64,000 nt of DNA from the NCBI GenBank assembly GCA_041937175.2, contig CP166615.1:3008001-3072000 (forward strand), read 5' to 3'. Made by a program: the position numbers and the translations under genes. The stretch comes from Limnothrix sp. BL-A-16 (lineage in GTDB: Bacteria > Cyanobacteriota > Cyanobacteriia > CACIAM-69d). How positions within the stretch are numbered: the stretch's first letter is position 1; each line of letters opens with the position of its first letter. Under the pieces are notes generated by a model. That model was not told the origin of the DNA, ran no database searches, and was given only the letters and a program-made list of their open reading frames with translations. Shown in pieces: positions 1 to 8,621 of this stretch.

Positions 1-822
1 TACAAAAACCCGGCTACGGGCAAATACATCGCCCCGTCCGATGTGGACTTCAGCGATCCCAGCCAGCCAAAAGACCCGACCACGGGCGATCTGCTGGTGT
101 CGGTCTACGAAAAAATGTCCAAGTCCAAATACAACGGCGTTGATCCCGAGGGCGTGCTGGCCAAATACGGCGCGGACACCTCGCGGATGTTTGTGCTGTT
201 CAAAGCGCCGCCAGAAAAGGATTTGGAGTGGGATGATGCGGATGTGGAAGGGCAATTCCGCTTCCTAAATCGGGTTTGGCGGTTGGTGAGCAACTACCTG
301 GAAGCCCAAGTTGGCGAGGAGATCGCCCCCGATCCGAAAGCCGAAAAAGACCTGCGCCGCGCCATCCATATCGCCATCAAAGAAGTCTCGGAAGATTTGG
401 CCGAAGACTATCAATTGAACACGGCCATTTCTGAGTTGATGAAACTCAGCAACGCCCTGAACGATTACACCAACAAAACCACGCCGGTTTTCGCGGAAGG
501 GATTCAAACCCTGGTGTTGTTGCTGGCTCCCTTTGCGCCCCATTTAACCGAGGAATTGTGGGGGGCGATCGGGCAGTCTGGCTCGGTGCATACCGCCACT
601 TGGCCGGCCTTGGATGAATCCGCGTTGGTGGCCGATGAGGTGACGATCGTGATTCAAATCAAGGGCAAAACACGCGGCACGATCCAAGTTCCGGCCGGCA
701 CGGACAAGGACACCCTAGAACAGCTCGCCCTCAACAGCGATGTAGCCCAAAAGCACATTGCCGGACAGGAGGTGAAAAAGGCGATCGTCGTCCCCGGCAA
801 ACTGGTGAACTTCGTGGTGTAG
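1..822 (+). CDS. leuS: Leucyl-tRNA synthetase, C-terminal part (5' truncated by the window edge)
   Basis: Frame open from base 1. KMSKS class I signature ([13 protein letters not shown]), [32 protein letters not shown]-terminal [12 protein letters not shown]. Confidence 0.97.
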   Translation, partial: YKNPATGKYIAPSDVDFSDPSQPKDPTTGDLLVSVYEKMSKSKYNGVDPEGVLAKYGADTSRMFVLFKAPPEKDLEWDDADVEGQFRFLNRVWRLVSNYLEAQVGEEIAPDPKAEKDLRRAIHIAIKEVSEDLAEDYQLNTAISELMKLSNALNDYTNKTTPVFAEGIQTLVLLLAPFAPHLTEELWGAIGQSGSVHTATWPALDESALVADEVTIVIQIKGKTRGTIQVPAGTDKDTLEQLALNSDVAQKHIAGQEVKKAIVVPGKLVNFVV

Positions 823-838
823 TGCTGACCGCAACGCT

Positions 839-1309
839 ATGCTGAATGTATCGAGTCAAAACTTGAGGCACGCATACAAAACGCACGTCAAGTGCCTCAA
901 GTCTTGTGCCAATCCTAATCATCCATCACTAGATCTTATTCGCTTCTATGCTGCTGAGTGTGGACTCAAATACCTAGTGATGCACAAAGAAAGTCTAAGC
1001 AATACAAATCAAATCCAGGAGCGTGATCGTAATGATCGTAAAAAGCATCCAGTACTAACCCATGATCTACCTGGCATCATCAAGTTTCTAGGCATTTCAG
1101 TCCATGATTTAGGTGGGCTATCTTCACCTCAACCGTGCGTCTTGGTTGAGGGAAATCGGAAGACTATATCAGTGAAAGATGCACATGAAGCCTTGCGCTA
1201 CGGGATTGACTTTTTACCTGACACAAATTTAACCTGTGCAAGTTCTCGACAGACCCTAGTTGATTGGCTAGACAAAATCTTGCAGTACCTTCATAGTCAG
1301 ATTAGATGA
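839..1309 (+). CDS. Small HEPN-like protein (156 aa), possible effector of a defence/conflict module
   Basis: ATG 16 bp after the leuS stop. Motifs FYAAECGLK ... THDL ... HEALRYG parallel the E..LK / HDL / RY pattern of classical HEPN domains. AT-rich. Confidence 0.6.
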   Translation: MLNVSSQNLRHAYKTHVKCLKSCANPNHPSLDLIRFYAAECGLKYLVMHKESLSNTNQIQERDRNDRKKHPVLTHDLPGIIKFLGISVHDLGGLSSPQPCVLVEGNRKTISVKDAHEALRYGIDFLPDTNLTCASSRQTLVDWLDKILQYLHSQIR

Positions 1310-1324
1310 GATCAATTATTACCT

Positions 1325-4177
1325 ATGTTGCCATCAGGATCGCGCCTTTACACATGGGTTGATGTTGAGGATGTATTCCTCAAAATTCGCGCTGGCAAAG
1401 ATCCAAATCAGCATTGGCCGCCAGAATTGCTATGGGCTAATGCCTCTCGCAGCAGTCTTGACTTAGGCATCAAGCCCGGTAGTTATCGTGCAATTCAAAC
1501 TTGGTTGGAACAGTTATTTGAAGCCCGCTTGACCAAAACTTCTGATGATCAATTAATGATTCGTCTAGAGTCTTTAATCGAATTACCACGCAATCTACCT
1601 ATTTTTGTAGAAGAGGATGACGATGATCAGTTGTCTAAAAACCAACTTACACCACAGTTATCGCACCCTTCAACGATTTTCGCAGTTGATAGAGAGAGCT
1701 TAGATCAACCTGAGGCTCCTGCGCCTTTGGATGAAAAATATCCACCGATTTTTGCATTTCATTCTTTCAAGGGTGGTGTTGGGAGAACAACCCATGCAAT
1801 GGCGTTTTCAGAGAAGTTATTGGATGAATTGAAAAATGCAGACGATAGTTTTTTAGTGATCGATGCAGATTTAGAAGCACCAGGGATTAGTTGGATTTTT
1901 GATGGATTGTTGGGTGAGCCATCTGTCTCTTTTGCAGACTTGCTAGCCTTGGCACATGAGGATAGCTCAGATCAATACCAAACAACAATTGACTTAGTTG
2001 CCAACCGCCTATCTGCTCAAAGAGTTGATCGGCTCTTTGTCATGCCTGTTTTTCGGCAAATCGGACAGTTAAACACCGCAGAAATTCTGCCGCAGCACTT
2101 TATCCGAGGCAGTCAAAATCCATTTAGCTTGACAGACTTGATTAGTCATGTTGGCTGGGTCTTGGGAGTCAGAGCAATCATTATCGATCTGAGAGCTGGG
2201 CTAACCGAGCTTTCATCAGCATTCCTGCTCGATCCTCGAATTTACCGAGTCTTTGTGACAACACTTAGTCAGCAGTCGATATTAGGAACCTGTAGCTTAT
2301 TACGCCTCATTGGTGATCGCTCACCGAATTTTCGAGAATGCGACATAATGCCCCAGGTTATTCTTTCTCAATTACCCATTGATCGACAAGGACTTGAGCA
2401 AATCAAGCAAGAAGCAGAACAAGCTTTAACAGACGCAGCGGCTCAACTCATCGATAGTCGAGATACCAATCAGGAAGAGTTCAGTAGTGATGAGTACTCC
2501 GCTATTGCTGCCGAAAATCTCACCGAAGTTGTCAAAATCACACCGACATATCACTCAGAAAGCCTACAGATTCAACCCAATCATTGGACAGAGCTAAAGC
2601 CACTGCTCCAATTGTTTAATCTCAATTCATCCTGGGAGATACTTCTAGATGCTGTTCGAGGCAGAGTTAGCACCCTAGAAGTATCTTCTAATACATCTGA
2701 ACTATCTGACAGTACAAAGACAAATGAACAACGACAAAAGCTGGCTGAAGCAGCCAAGAAAATGATTTTTGCAGAAAATGCAGAAAGTGATCGATTTTTG
2801 CCAACCAATGCATTACATAATCTTGCCTCTAGTTATTCTAAGCAAGCACCAATTGAAGTCATCATTGGTTCTAAGGGATCTGGAAAAACCTATACATTTT
2901 TGCAAGTTATCCGTTGTCAAACCTGGGCTAGGTTTATTCAGGAAACTAATGATGATTCACAAGTTAATATTCAATGTTCAATTGGGATTGTCCTACATTC
3001 TGGAAATCTTTCAGATCAAGCTAAACGGCTAGTATCTGCATGTAAGATATATGCTTTAAATCATTTATCCTTACCTCATTCCAGACCAGTTAACCATCTA
3101 ACTCAAGGTCAAACCAGGGATATAAATGTCTATGCAGCAGAAAAGATTCGGGGATGGCTACGGGGAAATTTAACTGAGTCTGAGTGGATTGATTGTTGGC
3201 TAGACCTAATGGCATGGCAACTTGATTTTAATTCTGGAGTTACCGGTGCTGGTCGCTCCCTCATTAATGCTCTACTCGAAAAACGACAGTCAGTAATTAT
3301 GCTGTTCGATGGGCTAGAAGATATTTTCCAAGAAATTGGCCAGAATCCTGCACAACAGACGGCTCTTAGGTCTCTTCTGCAATCAGTGCCTGAATGGTTA
3401 AGTCAGTATCCTGCACGTCCTCTTGGTGTTTTGATTTTCGTGCGATCCGATTTTGTGAAATTAGTCATCAAACAAAACTTAGAGCAATTCCGAACTCGTT
3501 ATGATCGCTATGCATTGCGCTGGGGGTTAACCGAAGCCCTTCAACTAGTGCTTTGGGTTTGCTCAGTTTCAGAGGTGATCGAGGACAGTCCGAAATCAAT
3601 TCAAGCAATGACAAATCAGCAAGAATTGATCACAAAATTAGAATTCTTGTGGGGTAAACTAGTCGGTTCTGCAAAATCAAGAGAGGCAACTTCTTGGAAA
3701 TTTGTCCTTGCTGCTTTGTGCGACTTTAATATCCAAATCCAATCTCGTGATTTAGTCAGATTTTTGCATGAATCTGCCAAGGATTCCTATGAAAATACTA
3801 AATATTGCGAACAGGAGATATACTTTGATCGCTTGCTCGTCCCGGGTGCAATGCGTGATGCCCTGAGTAAATGTGCATATGACAAAATCAACGAAATTAT
3901 TCAAGAAAACCCATCTCTAGACACAATTTTTTCAAAGTTGAGGGATCTTGACCAAATCAAGAAAAAAGTACCCTTTAATCGAGAGGACTTGGAACTAACT
4001 ACAGATGAAGTCAAGTCTCTCGAAATAGAGGGTGCAGTGTTCCGGGATCCAAAATCTGGTTATTATTGGCTAACGGAAATGCTTCGGCTAGGGTTGGGGT
4101 TTACAAATGCTAAAGGTGGGCGATCTCCATTTCTAGGACTTTGGCAAAAAGCACTTAAAAGAAGTGGCTTAGCCTAA
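1325..4177 (+). CDS. 950-aa double P-loop NTPase: ParA/MinD-like domain with variant Walker A (KGGVGRTT) fused to a second ATPase (GSKGSGKT / IMLFDGLED)
   Basis: FHSFKGGVGRTT, LVIDADLEAPG and IIIDLRAG are ParA/MinD-like motifs. Second Walker A VIIGSKGSGKT with Walker B IMLFDGLED. Starts 15 bp after the upstream gene. Confidence 0.85.
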   Translation: MLPSGSRLYTWVDVEDVFLKIRAGKDPNQHWPPELLWANASRSSLDLGIKPGSYRAIQTWLEQLFEARLTKTSDDQLMIRLESLIELPRNLPIFVEEDDDDQLSKNQLTPQLSHPSTIFAVDRESLDQPEAPAPLDEKYPPIFAFHSFKGGVGRTTHAMAFSEKLLDELKNADDSFLVIDADLEAPGISWIFDGLLGEPSVSFADLLALAHEDSSDQYQTTIDLVANRLSAQRVDRLFVMPVFRQIGQLNTAEILPQHFIRGSQNPFSLTDLISHVGWVLGVRAIIIDLRAGLTELSSAFLLDPRIYRVFVTTLSQQSILGTCSLLRLIGDRSPNFRECDIMPQVILSQLPIDRQGLEQIKQEAEQALTDAAAQLIDSRDTNQEEFSSDEYSAIAAENLTEVVKITPTYHSESLQIQPNHWTELKPLLQLFNLNSSWEILLDAVRGRVSTLEVSSNTSELSDSTKTNEQRQKLAEAAKKMIFAENAESDRFLPTNALHNLASSYSKQAPIEVIIGSKGSGKTYTFLQVIRCQTWARFIQETNDDSQVNIQCSIGIVLHSGNLSDQAKRLVSACKIYALNHLSLPHSRPVNHLTQGQTRDINVYAAEKIRGWLRGNLTESEWIDCWLDLMAWQLDFNSGVTGAGRSLINALLEKRQSVIMLFDGLEDIFQEIGQNPAQQTALRSLLQSVPEWLSQYPARPLGVLIFVRSDFVKLVIKQNLEQFRTRYDRYALRWGLTEALQLVLWVCSVSEVIEDSPKSIQAMTNQQELITKLEFLWGKLVGSAKSREATSWKFVLAALCDFNIQIQSRDLVRFLHESAKDSYENTKYCEQEIYFDRLLVPGAMRDALSKCAYDKINEIIQENPSLDTIFSKLRDLDQIKKKVPFNREDLELTTDEVKSLEIEGAVFRDPKSGYYWLTEMLRLGLGFTNAKGGRSPFLGLWQKALKRSGLA

Positions 4178-4330
4178 AGTGGTTTATATTCTTAAATCAC
4201 ATCGCGAAGTTTCAGATTTGTCGACATCGACAACTTATCGAGGATGCGATTCACCGTCTTTATTCAGCTTCCGCCCTCTCTTTGCAGCAATTGTCTGCAA
4301 CCTTTCGGAGGGGTGATCTGATTAGTCAGT

Positions 4331-4363
4331 TAGCCGACTTTTAGACTGGGTTTCAGTCGGTTA
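4331..4363. terminator. Hairpin between convergent genes, possible terminator
   Basis: TAGCCGACT (4331-4339) pairs with AGTCGGTTA (4355-4363), one G-U pair. No strong U-tract. Confidence 0.35.
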
Positions 4364-4447
4364 TTGATTGCACCCTTCTATTTTTGAGTGTTGCCCAAAT
4401 GCTTCGTTGGTTCTGCCCAGCAACCAGCCCAGCTTTGCATGATTGGG

Positions 4448-4990
4448 TTAGTGGCTGGCGGGTCGGGTGGGTTCGAGGCCGAGGGACGCTTCGAGGGCGA
4501 TGAGTTCGTCGCGGTGGGCCTTGACCCAGAGCCGGGCGATCGCCCCTTGATCGTTGGTTTCGAGCTGCAATTGCACTTGTTCGGTGCGCTGGGCTTTGCG
4601 TTGATAGAACCAACCGGCGGCCGGGGCCAAGAGGACGAGGGCTAATCCAGCATTCTGGATTTGGGGAATGGTCATGGACAAAACGAGGCCCAGACAAAGC
4701 AACCCACCGGCCGCGAGGATGCTGAGGAAGATGGCCAAGGTGGGGCTGGCGGCCACCAAACCTTCAAAGGTGACGCGATCGTTGTCTGCATCCCGATTCA
4801 CCAAGCGATACGATCGCCCTGAGAAGTAGCCTCGGAGCCGATCGCGCAGTTCGGTTTCCGGGATGGTTTCGGGGACGTAGCAAGCCAGTTCCGTGCGGTC
4901 TTTGGCGGAAGCGCGGATGAAGAAAACCAGGCCAATTAACATCAACACCGTCAAGAACAGCGTGGACGAGACAACGACATCGTTGGACAT
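4448..4990 (-). CDS. ccb1: Cofactor assembly of complex C subunit B (CCB1/DUF3529), heme ci maturation of cytochrome b6
   Basis: STLFLTVLMLIGLVFFIRASAKDRTE and C-terminal KAHRDELIAL are typical of CCB1. Start moved to ATG 4990. Confidence 0.8.
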   Translation of the reverse strand: MSNDVVVSSTLFLTVLMLIGLVFFIRASAKDRTELACYVPETIPETELRDRLRGYFSGRSYRLVNRDADNDRVTFEGLVAASPTLAIFLSILAAGGLLCLGLVLSMTIPQIQNAGLALVLLAPAAGWFYQRKAQRTEQVQLQLETNDQGAIARLWVKAHRDELIALEASLGLEPTRPASH

Positions 4991-5132
4991 GGCGAGTGAC
5001 GGGAGGTGGGGCAATGGTGGTGAAGGGAGGCACTGGGCTGGTGGTGTTCCCTGAGGCTACTGCAACAATTAGTTACAAACCCAGCTCCCATCAGCATATC
5101 GGACTCGGGGCCGCGCGATCGAGCATGTTAAG

Positions 5133-5750
5133 GTGATCAGTCGTGTCCGCTCCCAGCCCACCGTGGTTAGCCAAGTTGAACGCATTGCCCGCCTGATGGG
5201 TCGCACCAGCACCATCAGCTTTTGGATCCAAATTTTTCTTGGGGTGATCGGCAGTATTCTACTGTTGCTGACCACGCCCATGCTGTTTGCACGCACCAGC
5301 CCCACGCCCGGGGCAGTTCCGGTGGGGCCGGGCCCGGGTTCGATCGGGGGGTTGGCGGTGGCTGTGGTGGCGATGCTGACTTTGCTGGCCAGCATCTATT
5401 ACACCTTCACCAACACGCAACATGCACGGCGGCTCCAGGCTCCGAAAAACGCCCGACCGTCCAAGGCTGATACCCTCAAGCGTCTCCGGCTGGGGGTTTT
5501 GATTAATCTGTTTGGTTTGGGGTTGGCGCTGGTGGGGGCGGAGGCCGTGACGGGCCAGCTCACGAATAAGCTATTGATGCAAAGCAGTCCGTTTAATTTG
5601 GGCTTTGTGGATCCGAGTCGCTTTATTCAAGCGTTGGATGTGTTTGTGGTGTTGGGGAATACCCACGGAATGTTTGCCCATTTTTGCAATTTGACGGCCA
5701 ATCTTTGGTTGATCGATCGCATCAGCAAGGCTGGATCCGGTGGCGATTGA
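5133..5750 (+). CDS. DUF3611 family membrane protein
   Basis: ISFWIQIFLGVIG, RPSKADT, GVLINLFG, ALDVFVVLGNTHGMFAHF. Several TM helices. Confidence 0.8.
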   Translation: MISRVRSQPTVVSQVERIARLMGRTSTISFWIQIFLGVIGSILLLLTTPMLFARTSPTPGAVPVGPGPGSIGGLAVAVVAMLTLLASIYYTFTNTQHARRLQAPKNARPSKADTLKRLRLGVLINLFGLGLALVGAEAVTGQLTNKLLMQSSPFNLGFVDPSRFIQALDVFVVLGNTHGMFAHFCNLTANLWLIDRISKAGSGGD

Positions 5751-5764
5751 AGCGATCGCCCTGA

Positions 5765-5895
5765 GAGGATGTCTGAAAGGCCAAAATTGCTACTCTGTCC
5801 GCTCTAGTGCTCGACGTAGACAAGGGGCTTGAGCATCTTGCCCCCACAACTATTGGTGTTTGGCACAGGCCAAAAGATACTTTTCAAACATCCTC
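5765..5895. mobile_element. MITE-like element (131 bp) with 16-bp TIRs, TGA target duplication and an internal degenerate REP-like palindrome
   Basis: Left GAGGATGTCTGAAAGG (5765-5780) vs right CTTTTCAAACATCCTC (5880-5895), 14/16 inverted match. TGA on both flanks (5762-5764, 5896-5898). GACAAGGGGCTTGAGCATCTTGCCCC at 5819-5844. Confidence 0.75.
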
Positions 5896-6008
5896 TGAAA
5901 GGGACTGTCTATTTCAAAGCTGAATTTCAAAGTTGATCTTCAAAAATCCCCCTCCTAAAAAACAGCTACACCCAAAAACAGTTAATCAATTCCAACGGAG
6001 CTATACCC

Positions 6009-6674
6009 ATGTCGATCGCCCCTTCTCCTGAGCTGTCCTCCGATTTGTCTCCTGATCTGTCGCAACTGATCCGGGCGGTGGATGAGGCGGACTCAGTGGC
6101 CAAAATGGTTGGCGCGGTGCGATCGCTCGCGGCGGCTCAGGATCCGGCGGCGATTCCTACCCTGATGGCCGTGTTGGGATACAACAACCCCGGGGCAGCG
6201 GTGGCAGCGGTGGAAGGGCTGGTGGCCCTGGGGGAAGCGGCGGTGGGGCCAATTTTAGCCCAGGTGGATGGCTACAACTACACGGCGCGGGCTTGGGCCT
6301 TGCGGGCGCTGGCCCAAATTGCCGACCCTCGGGCTTTGGAACTGTTGTTGGCGGCGGCTGAAACGGACTTTGCGCCCAGTGTGCGGCGGGCAGCGGCCCA
6401 AGGGTTGGGGGCGTTGCGTTGGGCACGAATGGCGGCGGAGCAAGTGCCGATGGCGCGAGATCGGGTGTTGGCGGTCTTGACGGTGAATGCAACGGATTTG
6501 GAATGGGTGGTGCGCTACGCGGCGATCGCGGGGCTGGAGGGGCTGGCGCAATCGCAACCGGCGCTGGGCGATCGCGTGTTAGGTTTGTTACGCGATCGGG
6601 CGACTGCTGATACGGATCTAGTGGTGCGGCTGCGGGCCCAATGGGCGATCGAGCAGTTGGCGGCCAAGGGCTGA
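6009..6674 (+). CDS. cpcF: Phycocyanin alpha-subunit phycocyanobilin lyase, CpcF subunit (HEAT-like repeats)
   Basis: AIPTLMAVLGYNNPGAAVAAVEGL, DGYNYTARAWALRALA, DFAPSVRRAAAQGLG, EWVVRYAAIAGL. Confidence 0.9.
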   Translation: MSIAPSPELSSDLSPDLSQLIRAVDEADSVAKMVGAVRSLAAAQDPAAIPTLMAVLGYNNPGAAVAAVEGLVALGEAAVGPILAQVDGYNYTARAWALRALAQIADPRALELLLAAAETDFAPSVRRAAAQGLGALRWARMAAEQVPMARDRVLAVLTVNATDLEWVVRYAAIAGLEGLAQSQPALGDRVLGLLRDRATADTDLVVRLRAQWAIEQLAAKG

Positions 6675-6906
6675 CCCAGCACGCGATCGTTTCGTTAGCA
6701 CCCTGTTAATCACCACTCGTTAACCATCCATGAGTTAACTAGCAAGTTAACTAGCGAGTTAACGACCCGCAACCCACAAGCTCATTGGCCCATCCACAGG
6801 CTGCGGGTCAAAAACCACTCAATTGAACGGTCGCAACCGTAGCCTTGCCCCTTTGGCCCCCGGGATAGACTATGGGAAATCTTCAGGGGCCGCCGAGTGA
6901 GCGAAG

Positions 6907-7398
6907 ATGAATTTTCGCGATTTTCCTGCATTTCGAGACCTGACCGCTGAGCAATTTCAGCGATTTCTCTCCTCCTGCCAGTCGGGCACTATCCCAGCCG
7001 ATCGCACCATCATCCACCAGGGAAAACCCGGCAGCCACATCTTCTTCCTGTCCAGCGGTCAGGTTCGCATCACCTTAAACACTGACTTGGGTGAACGGGA
7101 ATTGAATGTGCTGTCGGCTCCCACGATTTTGGGCGAAATTAGTTTTTTCAGTGGCGAGCTGAGTTCCGCCAATGTGACCACGGCCACGGACGTTTCCGCG
7201 ATCGCCATTGGGTTCAACACGTTGCGGGCCCGGCTCTATGGCGGCGATGCGGCCTGTGCCATCGTGACCCTCCATTTGGCTTCCACCATTGCCGAACGGG
7301 CCGCCCACATGACCCAAAAGGTTGTGGACTTTTATGGTCACCAAGCGGAGATCCAAAACACAACCCACAATCTCTTTGGCGAATGGAGTTTTCTTTAA
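6907..7398 (+). CDS. Stand-alone cyclic-nucleotide-binding (Crp-like) domain protein without HTH
   Basis: IIHQGKPGSHIFFLSSGQVRI ... LGEISFFSGELSSANV cNMP-binding barrel, 163 aa. Confidence 0.8.
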   Translation: MNFRDFPAFRDLTAEQFQRFLSSCQSGTIPADRTIIHQGKPGSHIFFLSSGQVRITLNTDLGERELNVLSAPTILGEISFFSGELSSANVTTATDVSAIAIGFNTLRARLYGGDAACAIVTLHLASTIAERAAHMTQKVVDFYGHQAEIQNTTHNLFGEWSFL

Positions 7399-7685
7399 AC
7401 CGGCAATCGCAAAACAGGCGATCGCGGTCAATAGTCAGATCACAGCCCCGAAAAGCAGTGCATTTCGACGCTGTTTCCACCAACGCCTAGTAGTAGGATT
7501 GGAGCTTTCCGGGGCGCGGCTCGATCGGGAGACTTGCCGTTGGCGACGGCACAGCGGGAGCCAGCCCCTTGGGTTAGCCGTGGCTCCCAGGCTGTTGGCT
7601 GCTTGCCCTGGCCCGATCGCCCCATCACAACAGCCCCGTACCAAGCCCCATCACCCAACTCCAAATTTCTTGGAAATATCGTTTT

Positions 7686-8621
7686 ATGGATGCCATCCCA
7701 GCACAACTTAAAGGGCGCAGTTTCCTGAGTCTGGCGGATATCGATCGCGATGAACTACAAGCGTTGCTGTCTCTGGCGGCGCAGCTTAAGGCTGGGACGA
7801 TCACGCCCATCTGCAACAAAGTGCTTGGTCTGCTGTTTTCCAAAGCTTCAACCCGCACCCGCGTTAGCTTCACGGTGGCGATGTATCAACTGGGTGGCCA
7901 GGTGATTGACCTGAACCCAATGGTGACCCAAGTGAGCCGAGGGGAACCCCTGGAGGATACGGCACGGGTGCTGGGGCGCTATTTGGATGTGATGGCCATT
8001 CGCACCTTTGACCAAGCGGACTTGGAAACCTTCCGGGACTATTCCGGCGTACCGGTTATTAATGCCCTCAGCGATTTGGCCCACCCTTGCCAGGCCTTGG
8101 CGGATTTGCTGACGGTGCAGGAGGCCTTTGGCACTTTGGCGGGTCTGACGGTGACCTATGTGGGTGATGGCAACAACGTGGCCCATTCCTTGATGATGGC
8201 CTGTGCCATGGCGGGGGTGAATGTGCGGATTGCCACGCCGCCGGGTTATGAACCCAATGGGCAAATGGTGCAGCGGGCGATCGAGTTGGCGGGCGATCGC
8301 GCCAGTGTTGTGGTCACCACGGATCCGATCGCGGCGGCGGCCGGGGCCCAAATGCTCTACACCGATGTGTGGGCCAGCATGGGCCAAGAAGACGAAGCGG
8401 AAGCCCGCAAGAGCCTATTTGCTCCCTATCAGCTCAATGAAGATCTGCTAGCCAAGGCAGATCCGGAGGCGATCGTGCTCCATTGTTTGCCCGCACACCG
8501 GGGCGAGGAAATCACCGATGGGGCGATCGAGGGATCTCAATCACGGGTTTGGGATCAGGCTGAGAATCGGCTGCATGTGCAAAAGGCTCTGTTGGTCAGC
8601 ATTTTGGGCCCCGATGCTTAG
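7686..8621 (+). CDS. argF: Ornithine carbamoyltransferase
   Basis: [35 protein letters not shown]. Confidence 0.97.
   Translation: MDAIPAQLKGRSFLSLADIDRDELQALLSLAAQLKAGTITPICNKVLGLLFSKASTRTRVSFTVAMYQLGGQVIDLNPMVTQVSRGEPLEDTARVLGRYLDVMAIRTFDQADLETFRDYSGVPVINALSDLAHPCQALADLLTVQEAFGTLAGLTVTYVGDGNNVAHSLMMACAMAGVNVRIATPPGYEPNGQMVQRAIELAGDRASVVVTTDPIAAAAGAQMLYTDVWASMGQEDEAEARKSLFAPYQLNEDLLAKADPEAIVLHCLPAHRGEEITDGAIEGSQSRVWDQAENRLHVQKALLVSILGPDA

Noticed and set aside
1325..4177. Chromosome/plasmid partition ParA or MinD
   Set aside because: 950 aa with a second ATPase, K-to-R Walker A, and no parB/parS or minCE neighbours.
4159..4344. Open frame after the ATPase (...RHRQLIEDAIHRLYSASALSLQQLSATFRRGDLISQLADF*) as a third gene of the islet
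   Set aside because: No ATG/GTG start or RBS and no recognisable motif; at most a remnant.
780..4447. Integrase-type island with attL/attR at the leuS 3' end
   Set aside because: No integrase and no duplicated leuS terminus seen at the right border.
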